From contig NIVC01000209.1 in NCBI GenBank assembly GCA_002269645.1, positions 1-64,000 on the forward strand: 64,000 nucleotides of DNA, written 5' to 3'. The position numbers and the translations under genes were made by a program. The notes beneath the pieces are model-generated. The model searched no databases and had not been told where the DNA came from. It saw only the letters and a list, made by a program, of their open reading frames with translations. Source of the stretch: Macrostomum lignano. Lineage: Eukaryota. Within the stretch, counting starts at the first letter, position 1. Each line of letters starts with the position of its first letter. Shown one piece after another: positions 42,768 through 55,659 of this stretch.

Positions 42768-43625
42768 GTAACAGTAACAGTAATAAGTATTCGGCGCCTC
42801 AGCCATTGATTAGGCTCTTACGCCACTAGATAGAAATTGATTCCAGGTTGGGAGTGTACTTATGTACACTGAGATCCTAATTGGAGCTAAGAGGACTGTA
42901 CAAAGGGCAAATGACAAATCAAAAACCTCCCCGGGGGACAGTGACAGCGGAACGACATACCAGTCAGGAAGCCCGTGCCCAAAATCCAGGTTAGAGAGAT
43001 CCCTTGCCTATTAGGGTTGGCCCGAAGGCCTAGAGCCGTGGCTACCATGCTGGGGCCGACCGCCCACCACCCCGGGGTACTCAACCAAGTGTACATAAAC
43101 CTCCCCGGGGCCAGAGGGGGAAGAGTGAACCATTCAGGGAAGCCCGTGCCTTCTCCAGGGTTAGATAGGCCGAAACACCGGTCATAAGACCGCCCCCACG
43201 GCCGTGGCCACCCGAAGGAGCCTCCCCCCCCCAACTAAACCCCGGGTACTCTTGCCAGACAGTCTCTTATCTTTGAAGCGGCAGGAGGGCTAATCGCCGG
43301 GACTATTTCACCCTTTGCTTCGCCAACCCGCCATTTATATAGTGACCGTGCCAACGGTCTCGTCCTGCTCAGACTAGTCCTGGTTCTGGCACACTCCAGC
43401 TTTAATAGGGTCGCTGGCTGTTCGCTCAGAGGGCACTTGAGGGAGACCGTCAAGGCACCAACTGGAACAGGTATAGGCCTGCCTTCCTATACAGCTACCC
43501 ACAGCCCTTCCCGATCCACTATTACCCTCCAACCCAGCCTACTCACTCATTACAAGCTTTCAGCCAGGCAGAGACAAGTTTCACAGAAGTGACTGCGGTT
43601 AGGCGTCTCTATGCGAGACAAAACC
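42768..43625 (-). mobile_element. Non-LTR-type retroposed insertion (858 bp) with microsatellite tail
   Basis: 14-bp direct repeat AAAATACGCAGTTA at 42754-42767 and 43626-43639. (TTACTG)n-type tail at the - strand 3' end. No recognisable RT domain. Confidence 0.7.
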
Positions 43626-44129
43626 AAAATACGCAGTTAAATCTAGTCGTTACATATTTATATACATAATATACTGGCAAAAGTCAATTTAAACAAAAAT
43701 TAACAAACAATTTTTTGTAGTCTATTAATTTTAATTTGACCTACTCAATTGATTAAAAACTAAATTTTTACGTATTTATTGCATACAAAGATTAACACGA
43801 AAGAATTTTATAACGCAATATTTTCTAGTGAATAAATAACTAAGTAATGTTGCTTGATATTCAATATAACAACAGACATAAAAATTTCTGAGATTCAAAA
43901 TGTCTTTTTACCTTGGCAAGAAATTATGAAATTAGAATACGAGCGTACTTGGCATTTTTGTAACAAAAAATTAACAGCATATCAGACATTATGCTTTGCA
44001 CTGCTTTGTACGCAGAAACAACAAGACGAAAAGGCTTTTCCAAAGCTGAGACTGTTGCTAACCTGAGGCAGGATAGGGAGTAATCTAGGTAGAGCGGATT
44101 GTAATCTGAGATGATGGATGGCAATCTAG

Positions 44130-45118
44130 GTAGATTAAGTTGTAATCAGAAAATATTGGGGTGTAATCTATATAAAGGTTATGATGTAATCTAGACATAT
44201 TGAGATGTAATCTAGAAAGATTCGGGATGTAATCTAGAAAGATTGGGATGTAATCTACAGAGATGGGGGGTAATCCAGACAGATTGGGATGCAATCTAGA
44301 AAGATTGGGATGTAATCTAGACAGATTGGGATGCAATCTAGAAAGATTGGGATGTAATCTAGAAAGATTGGGATGTAATCTAGACAGATTGGGATGTAAT
44401 CTAGAAAGATTCGGGATGTAATCTAGAAAGATTGGGATGTAATCTAGAAAGATTGGGATGTACATGTAATCTAGACAGATTGGGATGTAATCCAGACAGA
44501 TTGGGATGTAATCTAGAAAGATTCGGGATGTAATCTAGACAGATTGGGATGTAATCTAGAAAGATTCGGGATGTAATCTAGAAAGATTCGGGATGTAATC
44601 TAGAAAGATTCGGGATGTAATCTAGAGAGATTGGGATGTAATCTACAGAGATGGGGGGGTAATCCAGACAGATTGGGATGCAATCTAGAAAGATTGGGAT
44701 GTAATCTAGACAGATTGGGATGTAATCTAGAAAGATTGGGATGTAATCTAGAAAGATTGGGATGTAATCTAGAAAGATTGGGATGTAATCTAGAAAGATT
44801 GGGATGTAATCTAGAAAGATTGGGATGTACATGTAATCTAGACAGATTGGGATGTAATCCAGACAGATTGGGATGTAATCTAGAAAGATTCGGGATGTAA
44901 TCTAGACAGATTGGGATGTAATCCAGACAGATTGGGATGTAATCCAGACAGATTGGGATGTAATCTAGAAAGATTCGGGATGTAATCTAGACAGATTGGG
45001 ATGTAATCTAGAAAGATTCGGGATGTAATCTAGACAGATTGGGATGTAATCTAGACAGATTGGGATGTAATCTAGACAGATTGGGATGCAATCTAGAAAG
45101 ATTGGGATGTAATCTCGA
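44130..45118. repeat. Minisatellite, 21-bp unit (GGGATGTAATCTAGAAAGATT)
   Basis: About 45 tandem copies. Confidence 0.95.
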
Positions 45119-45477
45119 TTAACTTGACTAAAGGAAATCATTAATTAGTGATGTAGCCACAGATTGCAATATGCAGAAGCAGATCGTATGGCACACTCGT
45201 AACATTGTAGGTGATAAAAATTAAATGATTAATTATAAGCCTAACGAAAGACACTTAGCAGAGATTATAAAACTTGCTGACCTTTAAAATTTGCTCAATT
45301 AGTCAATGAGATTCAACAAATAGCAAATGTTAAATACAATAGTTCTTGAAAACAGTGCTAGATTTGCTTACTACTACTTAATATCGGTCTCCAAGCAGTA
45401 GCAACAAGCGTATATTTATTGGTAAATATTTATTGTTAATAAAAAATGAGAACTTAAAAAAATATAGCTTTTGTCCG

Positions 45478-48400
45478 TTACAAATTCGTATCCATGGTAA
45501 CGAGATTCGTGGCCGGCATCCCTTCTTCGCCTTCAATTTCGATAGCCTCGTTCACGTGCTCGCTTGAGGACGAAATCTCGTCCTGAGAGATCGGGGGTAC
45601 GTTGCTGGCGTAAAGTACAGCATCGTGCAGGCTGATGAAGAACAAGGACCTGTCAGCGTGCTTGTAAAAGTCGTGGAGATGAAGGTGGAGCCTCACAGAC
45701 TCTTTGCAGCGGGCGAACAGGACGCGATAGCCTTGCTTTTTTAGTCGCTGATAAGTCTGCGCGAGTGATGATAGCAAAGCGTATGTTTTCTTAAATGATC
45801 GCAATGCCTACTTTAAGTAGCTTGCGCGTGGGTGTTAAAGAACAATTCCACATACTTAAAAGTAAAGAAATTAGATTTGGGAAAGGAACCTGACAATCTG
45901 GGAAGGAGTCTGAGGATTCGGGAAGGGAATCTAAGGATCCTGAAAGGAATCTGAGGATTCGGGAAGGCATTATAAGGATCTAGGGAAAAAGCTAAGGATC
46001 TAGGAAGGAATCTGGGGATCTAGGGAGGAATTTTAAGAATCTAGGAAGGAATCTGAGGATCTGAGGATCTAGGAAGGAATCTGAAGATCTAGGAAGGAAT
46101 CTGGGGATTTACGGAGGAATCTGGGGATCTAGGAAGGAATCTGAAGATCTAGGAAGGAATCTGAGGATCTAGGAAGGAATCTGAGGATCTAGGAAGGAAT
46201 CTGGGGATCTAGGAAGGAATCTGGGGATTTACGGAGGAATCTGAGGATCTAGGAAGGAATCTGAGGATCTAGGAAGGAATCTGGGGATTTAGGGAGGAAT
46301 CTGAGGATCTAGGAAGGCATCTGAGGATCTAGGAAGGAATCTGGGGATTTAGGAAGGAATCTGAGGATCTAGGAAGGCATCTGAGGATCTAGGAAGGAAT
46401 CTGGGGATTTAGGAAGGAATCTGAGGATCTAGGAAGGCATCTGAGGATCTAGGAAGGAATCTGGGGATTTAGGGAGGAATCTGAGGATCTAGGAAGGCAT
46501 CTGAGGATCTAGGAAGGAATCTGAGGATCTAGGAAGGAATCTGAGGATCTAGGAAGGAATCTGGGGATTTAGGAAGGAATCTGAGGATCTAGGAAGGCAT
46601 CTGAGGATCTAGGAAGGAATCTGGGGATTTAGGGAGGAATCTGAGGATCTAGGAAGGCATCTGAGGATCTAGGAAGGAATCCGGGGATCTAGGAAGGAAT
46701 CTGAGGATCTAGGGAGGAATCTGAGGTTTAAACCAAAGGAAAAAACTAGGATATCAAAATAGCTGCCATGAATTTCACCTCTTTAACGGTCCTAACGCCG
46801 ACCATATCAACCGAGACCCAGGAGGAGCAGTCCAGCACAAAAGTGTGCACCGCTGTTGCCTCATCTGATTCTGGATGCTCAGCTTCAACTCTGCCGACTG
46901 GTTCCGCCTCGGCGGGTCGCCGAGCCTCATGGGCCAGCTGCAGCACGAAGTCCTGGAATCTTTCCGCGTTGGCAAAGTTCAACGGCGCGTCGAAGCGGAC
47001 AATTTTCAGTCCCGGCAGCTCCTCGGCCGCCGCGTACACCCGGACGTTTCTGTAGATGTCCGTGTCGCCAATGCGGCCAAGGACCGCTATTCTGGGCGAC
47101 TGGGTGCGCAGGACCACGGAGAACAGGGTGAAGCCCAGACCGATAGCCAAGCCGAGGGTCACATCCAGGATGAGCACGGAGAGCGCTGCCACCAGCCACA
47201 CGCTGAAGTCGATACGGGAGATGCGCCAGATCTGCGGCAGTTCCGTCACCTGCTTGATCACGTTGATTAACGATACGACTATGATGGAGCCCAGCACGCA
47301 GGTAGGGATCGAGCGGAAGTAGGGTCCGATGGCCAGCAGCACCAGCAGCATGCCAGAGCAGCTGATGAGGCTGGAGATCTGGCTCTTCATGCCCACCTGA
47401 AAGTTTGCGCGATATAATTGTCAGGCAATGTCAGCACTGGATTCTAGAATGCCTCCAGATGCATTGTGATGCAACCGCTTCCCAGATCCTCAGTTGCTGG
47501 GCCAGCCTCCCAGAGTGTCAGTCGCTGGGCCAGCCTCCCAGATCCTCAGTTGCTGGGCCACCAGCCTCCCAGATCCGGTTGCTGGGCCAGCCTCCCAGAG
47601 TGTCAGTCGCTGGGCCAGCCTCCCAGATCCTCAGCTGCTGGGCCACCATCCTCCCAGATCCGGTTGCTGGGCCAGTCTCCCAGATCCCCAGTTACTGGGC
47701 CAGCCTCCCAGATCCCCGATTGCTGGGCCAGCCTCCCAGATCCCCAGTTACTGGGCCAGCCTCCCAGATCCCCGATTGCTGGGCCAGCCTCCCAGATTCC
47801 CGATTGCTGGGCCAGCCTCCCAGAGTATCAGTCGCTGGGCCAGCCTCCCAGATCCTCAGTTGCTGGGCCAGCCTCCCAGATCCTCAGTTGCTGGGCCAGC
47901 CTCCCAGATCCCCGGTTGCTGGGCCAGCCTCCCAGATCATCAGTTGCTGGGCCAGCCTCCCAGATCCCCGGTTGCTGGGCCAGCCTCCCAGATCCCCAGC
48001 TGCTGGGCCAGCCTCCCACATCCCCAGTTGCTGGGCCAGCCTCCCAGATCCCCAGCTGCTGGGCCGCCGCAGGCTCACCGACACCACCACAGAGTTCCTG
48101 GCCAGAGCTCCGCAGGCGAAGAAGCACTGGAAGAAGCTGGACACCAGACTGCTGACTCCCAGTATGGCAAAATCCTCATTGAAATCGTAGCTGTACTGAA
48201 ACTCCAGGCAGTACATCTTGGCCAGGGACATTGTGACCACGCCGCCGACAATGCCAACGGGAATAGCGGAGGGGAACACGGTCGGAAGAAATCCCAAATC
48301 AGGAATGATAGGCACCGGCAAGCCCCTGGGCACTTCGCCCACTATGACAACGCCTAGGTTGGAGCTCATGTTGGAGAACTCTGACGCCAGCAGGGTAATT

Positions 48401-51400
48401 ATGATAATGAGCAGTTCTATTGGCAGCGGTACTTTGAACTTCTTTTTCACCAGGGGGTTGATGAATTCTTTGACGAGGTAGAGCACCGCGCAGCAGGCGG
48501 CGGATAGGCCCATGGTGACAAAATTTGCCGTCTCGATCACTTGGAACAAATTGATGAGGCTCTGCAGGTGAGGAGGAGAGGCTGGGCTATTTGGTGTCTT
48601 TATCCCAGCCTCACTGTCTCTACAGTATCCTACCCCAGTGTCGTTATCCTACACCAGTGTCGTTATCCTACCCTCAGTGTCTTTATCCTACCCTCAGTGT
48701 CCTTATCCTACCCTCAGTGTCTTTATCCTACCCTCAGTGTCCTTATCCTACTCTCAGTGTCTTTATCCTACTTTCAGTAGTCTTTATCCTACCCTCAGTG
48801 TCTCTATCCTACCCTCAGTGTCTTTATCCTACCCTCAGTGTCTTTATCCTACCCTCAGTGTCTCTATCCTACCCTCAGTGTCTTTATCCTATCCTCAGTG
48901 TCTTTATCCTACCCTCAGTGTCCTTATCCTACCCTCAGTGTCTCTATCCTACTCTCAGTGTCTTTATCCTACCCTCAGTGTCTTTATCCTAACTACCCTT
49001 AGTCTCTTTATCTTACCCCCAGTGTCTTTATCCTACCCTCAGTAGTCTTTATCATACTACAGTGTCTTTATCCTACCCCCAGTGTCTCTATCCTACCCTC
49101 AGTCTCTTTATCCTACCCTCAGTAGTCTTTATCATACCACAGTGTCTATCCTACCCTCAGTGTCTCTATCCTACCCTCAGTCTCTTTATCCTACCCTCAG
49201 TAGTCTTTATCATACCACAGTGTCTTTATCCTACCCTTAGTTTGTTTATCCTACCTACCCTCAGTTTCTTTATCCTACCTACCCTCAGTTTCTTTATCAT
49301 ACACCTTACTGCGTTTACCCTACAGTCTATCCAGTGGAGTCTTTATTCCAATACCTCAGCATCCAAAGGCTTCATTCTAAGCTGCCATCAGCATCTGCAG
49401 CATGGCAAATCGCAGCAGAGCAGCCACTTACCCCGGCAATCTTGAACTGACTGACAGTTCGCTCCGGTTTAACTCCCAGCAGCAGCGGCAGCTGGCTGAC
49501 CAGCACCTGTACAGCAGCGGCCGCGGTGAACCCCTTCAGCATGGAGTCTGACACGTAGCGCATAAAGAATCCCAGCCTGAACACACCGATGGCCAAGATG
49601 ATGAGGGAGGCGGCGAAACTGCCAACAATAGCTGACTGCAGTTTTGCATACTCCACTGCCGTGTAATTCAACGGCAACTCAAGCGCCGTGGCATTCAACC
49701 TCGGCAAATAGGCCTCATAATTTCCTATAATCATGTCCGACAGTAGCAGAGACATCAGCGAGAATGTGCCAATCGATAAATGACGAGAGCGGCCAAACAA
49801 TGCGTAGATGAATACGGGAATTAGCGAGGTGTACAGGCCGTTGATCGGCTTCAGTCCGGCTAGCAGGCCGTAGGCTAAGCCCTGCCGGGTTGGGTTTTAT
49901 AAAAGGTCATTTAAGGTCAGACACTTTGATTACGTGATTGCGGGGGCGGGGTTGTCACTGCCAACCGCGCCACTCTTGTACTTTCTACCCCAAACCGGAA
50001 CCGCGATTATCCTGAAACCGGTTTTTTGCATCCGGTTTTACGGTGTTGAAATTTGCAATATATGCTGATACAATGAGGCTCCTATCGTGAGTTGCTACAA
50101 ATAGACGCTCTGGGCAAGGTCTACTCAAGTAGAAGAACAGGAGATTACGTTTCTTGGGAAAAATTAGTAGGATAAAGACACTGAGGGTAGGATAAAGACA
50201 CTGAGAGTAGGATAAAGACACTGAGGGTAGGATAAAGACACTGGGGGTAGGATAAAGACACTGAGGGTAGGATAGAGACACTGAGAGTAGGATAAAGACA
50301 CTGTGGTATGATAAAGACACTGGGGGTAGGATAAAGACACTGAGGGTAGGATAGAGACACTGAGAGTAGGATAAGGACACTGTGGTATGATAAAGACTAC
50401 TGATGTAACCACGCTCTGGTCGCGGGATAGGGCATGGGAACTTTTTCGAAAGTGCCTCCTATCCCGTGTACCCTCTGCACAGAGCTGTCGAGACTCGGCC
50501 AGGTCTCCGCCCAGGCCTGGAGACTCCCGCTCTGCTGCCCCCCCCCCCTCCTACTGCCTTGGTTCCGTCTCCCCTGCCGCCACACCTGCCTTTCCGGAGC
50601 TCCCTGTCCCTCTCTCTGTACCCTCCCCTCTACCTTATCTCCCCTGCACTCCACCCTATTCTTCTTGTACTTTCCCTTTCCCCCCCTCTTTTTGTCTCTA
50701 TCTGCACTCTTTTCCTGCGCTGTCCCCTCCTTCTCTGTGTCTACTTACAGTATTTTGTGTGCTCACCGTCTCCCCATCCCCTCCCAAACTCCCAAACGGT
50801 GACGCAAGTCGTGTGACCCCTTCTTCCCCCCGATGACTCATCGATGACTCATCCCCCTCTCTTGCGCAACCTTTTCTCATGCCATTGTTCTCCTCCCCAA
50901 ATTTCTCATGCGACACCCACCCCACCTCCACCTTCTTTTGTTCTCTCGACCCCCACCAATTATCACATTTTCTTCTCCGATTTTCTCTTTCTTTTGTTCT
51001 CGTTTTCGCACCTAATTATCACCTTTTCTCCAATGTTTACTTTTCCATTGTTCTCAGTTTTCCCCAATTATCCCCGATTTCTAATTCCTTTGTTCTCGAC
51101 CCCAGCCCTATTGTTCTCAATGTTTGCTTGCGCAACACTTTCGCGACCACCCACTGCGCCAATTATCCCCCCACCCCACCTCCGGATTGCGCAATTTCCT
51201 TATTTCTCATGTTGCTATGCCGGTCTCATGCTTCTCATCATGACTCATTCTGACGTCATTCTGCCGGCAGCCAATCAGAGAGAGGGAGCCATGGTAACGA
51301 CCTTGAGGAGGCGGCTGTGAGGTCTATAAAAGGAAGCGATTTCGGCATGAGAATCGTCGCTCGCGTTCTACGCTTCCACTTCTGCCCACCTTCGGGCTCC

Positions 51401-54400
51401 TAGTCTTTCTTTAGACTTGCCGTCAGACTGAGTTCTGACCCATTCGTCTATTAGACGAATCCCTGCCGGTCCGCGGTCTGTTACCGTCAAGTTATCCTTA
51501 GCTCCCCAAGCGAGCTCGCCTATCGGCCAGCGGTCTGATACCGCCCAGCATCATCAGCATCGCCTGATCTACATCAGCGCCTCGCCGCTCCAGCGCATCG
51601 CCGCTTCACTGTCTGCCTGACTGCAGCCTACAGCCACCCTCGGTCACTCCGCCTCTCTCTCTCTCTCTCTGTGCAGCTGCCGGTAAGTTCCTGTTACTAA
51701 TTTGTGCTCTAATTGCCTTTGCTTATCCGGGGTTTGCCTATTTTCCATTGTCTGATTAGAGAGCTGAGCCAATTGTGATACCGTATCTTTTGCTGTACTT
51801 TTACTCAATAGTGAAGCCGCCTAATTGCCTGATTATTCGCCTAAGGGCCTAATTAATTATTAACTATTAACTAACTTCATAATTATTCAATCTTTCACCA
51901 TCATTTAACTCATGGCTTGCTAAGCCTTTCTCCCGGGGTGGCAAAGCATAAGGGAGTTTGGGTAAGCTAATGGCCTCTCCCCGTGCAAAGCCCTCCTGTG
52001 AGTGCGTGCTGCGGGGCCGCGTGTGCGTGCAGTAGAGGGATTAGCGAGTCTTGGCACAGAATGGCAGTAGGAAGGTTGCAACCCCATGCTAACGCGTCCC
52101 TTCGCCCTGAGCAATCTAAACTGGAGACAGTACATGTTCGCCTCATACTACTCTTAGTAATCAAAGTCGCAAGTCAGCCTCGCTCACAGCCACAAAGGAT
52201 CCCCTGCTGAGAAATCCTCCAGGATTGAGCCCAGAGTTCCCGATCATGCCCCAAGCAGAGTCCCTGTACTCGGCTGCATGCGTCTCCCCTGTTAGCCTAA
52301 ATTCCCTGGTAAACAATCCAGGCGGGGCTCTAGCCTCGAGAGGTCTGGTAGAAAGATCCAGGTGCGCCAGGTCACATAGAGTGGTGGCAGCCACTCGGTC
52401 ATACCATGACCGAGTGACCAACTATTGCACCTTGGCTACAGGTGGGGTCCATGTGGGTCCTTGGCCCTCTGGTCACGAAGCGCTACCAAAAGCTACTAAT
52501 CATGTGGGCGGGACAGTCTGGTGCTGGAGGTCCGTCAGGTCGTTGCCCGGTCATAGGCAGCCTACGGTCATTGCCCCCTCTAGTCATGCGTTCGTCTCTC
52601 TACGGAGCGGACAGGCGACAAGGGCGGTTACATCACTACTGAGGGTAGGATAGAGACACTGAGAGTAGGATAAAGAGACTGAGGGTAGGATAGAGACACT
52701 GAGAGTAGGATAAAGAGACTGAGGGTAGGATAGAGACACTGAGAGTAGGATAAAGAGACTGAGGGTAGGATAGAGACATTGAGAGTAGGATAAAGAGACT
52801 GAGGGTAGGATAAAGACACTGTGAGTAGGATAAAGACACTGAAAGTAGGATAAAGACACTGTGATTAGGATAAATACACTGAGAGTAGAGTAGGATAGTA
52901 GATGAGGTATCAATATTTTATCATTTATCAATTGATTAAGCTATTTATCAACTTTTTATCAATAGCTCAGATATCGTTAAATCCCTTTTATTTTCTTCAG
53001 TGTGTTTTTCTTACCCACAAACATAACAGTTCGTTTAGGGTTGCTTGCCCGCAAATTTTAAGATTATATTTATGAAAAAAATAATCCTTATATCTGCTAT
53101 AGTCAATTAAATTAAATTCAAGTTAAAAGCAACAGTTAAAAAACCGGTTTAGAAACCGGTTTTTACAACAAATCACCGGTTTTGGCATTTCCTAAGTTCG
53201 TTGTATCGTTGCTCTCACTAACAGACTCGGTTTAGCGTAAGAAAGAAGCCTGTTCAGCCTACTGTCAGTAAGCTAGTTAGAATATTATTGAAATATTTTA
53301 AAATATAATGCAAAATTATGCATTATCCTTTGTCCTTTATCCTTACGCATTTCCTAAGTTCGTTGTATCGTTGCTCTCACTAACAGACTCGGTTTAGCGT
53401 AAGAAAGAAGCCTGTTCAGCCTACTGTCAGTAAGCTAGTTAGAATATTATTGAAATATTTTAAAATATAATGCAAAATTATGCATTATTTTTGTTTCTTT
53501 TTAAAAGGAAGTCACGATCCCCAATAAATAATATAGGATCGCAACAGGGGTCATTCAAGGTCGCAAAGTATGAGCCCAATAGGCCTAATAAAGTCGCGTG
53601 TGATGACGCAACTTACCCGCTAAATTACATGTAATGCCTCGATTCCAAAAGGTCGGGTTGAATGAGCCACACAGGCCAATGCAATGACGCTAGATGAGAT
53701 AAGAAAGTGGAAAAAACACACTAATTATTATTATTTTGAAATCCAAGTTTACAAGCACAAAAAAGTGGAAATAACGAAAAAGTGAGTGGTTTTGACCGCA
53801 AATCTAAGATAACCGGATAGGCCTGAAAACGTGGTTCTTTTGAGCCACCAGAGCCTTGAACTGGGTCATGGTACAAGATTCAGTGAATTGCGTCAAATTC
53901 TAAAAAACCGTATGTTTTCATAACTGCAGTTAGAAACAATCCACTGAAATTTTTTTTGGAATCTAAAAAATGAAACTGCTAAATTTAAGTCAAAAACGGG
54001 TTGTTAAAGTCAAGGAAAGCTCACGGGGATAACTAAGGCCAAGAGCCTAGCTATAGCGCCACAAGTGAGATTTTAGCGCAGCAGGTGAGATTTTAGCGCC
54101 ACAAGTGAGATTTTAGCGCCACAAGCAATATTTAAGTGCAACAAGTGAGATTTTAGCGCCACAGGTCAGATTTTAGCGCCACAAGTGAGATTTTAGCGCC
54201 ACAGGTCAGATTTTAGCGCCACAAGTGAGATTTTAGCGCCACAGGTGAAATTTTCGCGCCACAGGTGAAGTTTTAGCGCCACAGGTGAGATTTTAGCGCC
54301 ACAAGGGAGATTTTAGCGCCACAGGTGAAATTTTTGCGCCACAAGTGAAACTTTAGCGCCACAGGCAAGATTTTAGTGCCACAAGTGAGATTTTAGCGCC

Positions 54401-55360
54401 ACAAGTGAGATTTTAGCGCCAGAGGTGAAATTTTTGCGCCACAAGTGAGATTTTAGCGCCACAAGTGAGATTTTAGCGCCACAAGTGAGATTTTAGCGCC
54501 ACAAGTGAGACTTTAGCGTCACAGGTGAAATTTTCGCGCCACAGGTGAAGTTTTAGCGCCACAGGTGAGATTTTAGCGCCACAAGGGAGATTTTAGCGCC
54601 ACAGATAGGATTTTAGTGCCACAAGTGAGATTTTAGCGCCACAGGTAAGATTTTAGCGCCACACGTGAGATCTTAGCGCCACAGATTTGATTTTAAAAAC
54701 AAAAAACCTAAAGGAGCATGGAAATGGAAAAATATTTTACGCCAAATTCACTCAAATATCTACCAGGAAAAATCACTGAAAAGAACGGACATCCCTCTAC
54801 GAATGAGTAATTACTGACAAAATAAATTTCCAAGGTAGATCGAGATAAGAATTTACGGAAACTTGCTCAGGCTTAAGCTTATAGTTTTAATTAGAAATTA
54901 AACTAAGCTCGTAACACACGAAGGTCAACAAGCGACAGGTGCTGGCCAACCTCACAATGACACATTAGCGCACACCTAGGGTAGCAAATGCAAGCATGGA
55001 AAGAGAAGCAAAATGCCTTACCTGAGGTATATGAAACACGCAGGTGGTAAAGCCGGCCACTAAATCGGACACAATGTCCATTTTGCTGTATTGTCCAGTT
55101 CTAATCTGGCCAACCAGAGGCAGCAGGTTCAGCGCTCGCAGACGCCAGGCGTCCCTGCTACAGCTGCAGGCTTTGGCCATAGACGATCGAACGGTGCTGC
55201 TGAACGGCGCGTGGCCCAGCAGGGCTTCTCCGTAGGCGTTGTTGAAGTCGGCATAATTGTACACTGGCCGGCGAACATGGAATTCCAGCGCTGGCTGCGA
55301 CGGCGGCGGCACTGTCTTATTGGCGTCGACATTGTCGGTTTCGGCAGGTTGAGCTGACAT
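45478..55360 (-). CDS. SLC26 anion transporter paralogue 3, 5 exons (~722 aa, with STAS)
   Basis: Exons 55360-55022, 49881-49432, 48561-48079, 47396-46779 and 45756-45478. All joins are GT-AG, phase 0 and in frame. The last three intron positions match paralogue 2. Confidence 0.9.
45895..46727. repeat. Intronic minisatellite, 20-bp unit (GAGGATCTAGGAAGGAATCT)
   Basis: About 40 copies in intron 4 of paralogue 3. Confidence 0.95.
47478..48066. repeat. Intronic minisatellite, ~28-bp unit (GGGCCAGCCTCCCAGATCCTCAGTTGCT)
   Basis: About 21 copies in intron 3 of paralogue 3; the same family occurs, reverse-complemented, at 27790-27922 and 28130-28190. Confidence 0.93.
48590..49320. repeat. Intronic minisatellite, 20-bp unit (CCTCAGTGTCTTTATCCTAC)
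   Basis: Tandem array in intron 2 of paralogue 3; reverse complement of the array at 50165-50400 and 52636-52895. Confidence 0.95.
50165..52895. repeat. Inverted-orientation copy of the 20-bp minisatellite (GTAGGATAAAGACACTGAGG), split by an LTR-like insertion
   Basis: Array at 50165-50400 resumes at 52636-52895 after the insertion. Confidence 0.92.
50401..52635 (+). mobile_element. Solo-LTR-like element, copy 2 (2235 bp), antisense in intron 1 of SLC26 paralogue 3
   Basis: Termini TGATGTAACC...GGTTACATCA; 4-bp TSD CTAC (50397-50400 and 52636-52639); TATAAAA near 51325. Confidence 0.88.
54055..54690. repeat. Intronic minisatellite, 20-bp unit (GATTTTAGCGCCACAAGTGA)
   Basis: About 31 copies. 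Confidence 0.95.
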
Positions 55361-55659
55361 TTGTCTTATCTCTTGAACTTTAATTGATGACTATAGCTTA
55401 TGCAGTCGGTCTCGCCGGCCGGTTGCGTCCTGCTCTCTTACTGCTCTGCAAACGAAGGAAAAATACACACAACAGGAGAGAGTTTTGCTGTCTTTTATTT
55501 ATAGCGGTTAGTGACAGCCAATTAGAAACTTGCAGTATTTTTCTTTCGAAACTAATATAAACTTTGTCTCATGTGTACTACCTGTGTTGATAAAAATAGG
55601 CATTGGACATTAAAGGATTTACTCTATCTGCTAGACATCTCTACCTGCCAATTATGTCA

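Noticed and set aside
53185-53488. ~142-bp exact direct duplication
   Set aside because: A simple local duplication or assembly stutter in an intron; no functional signal.
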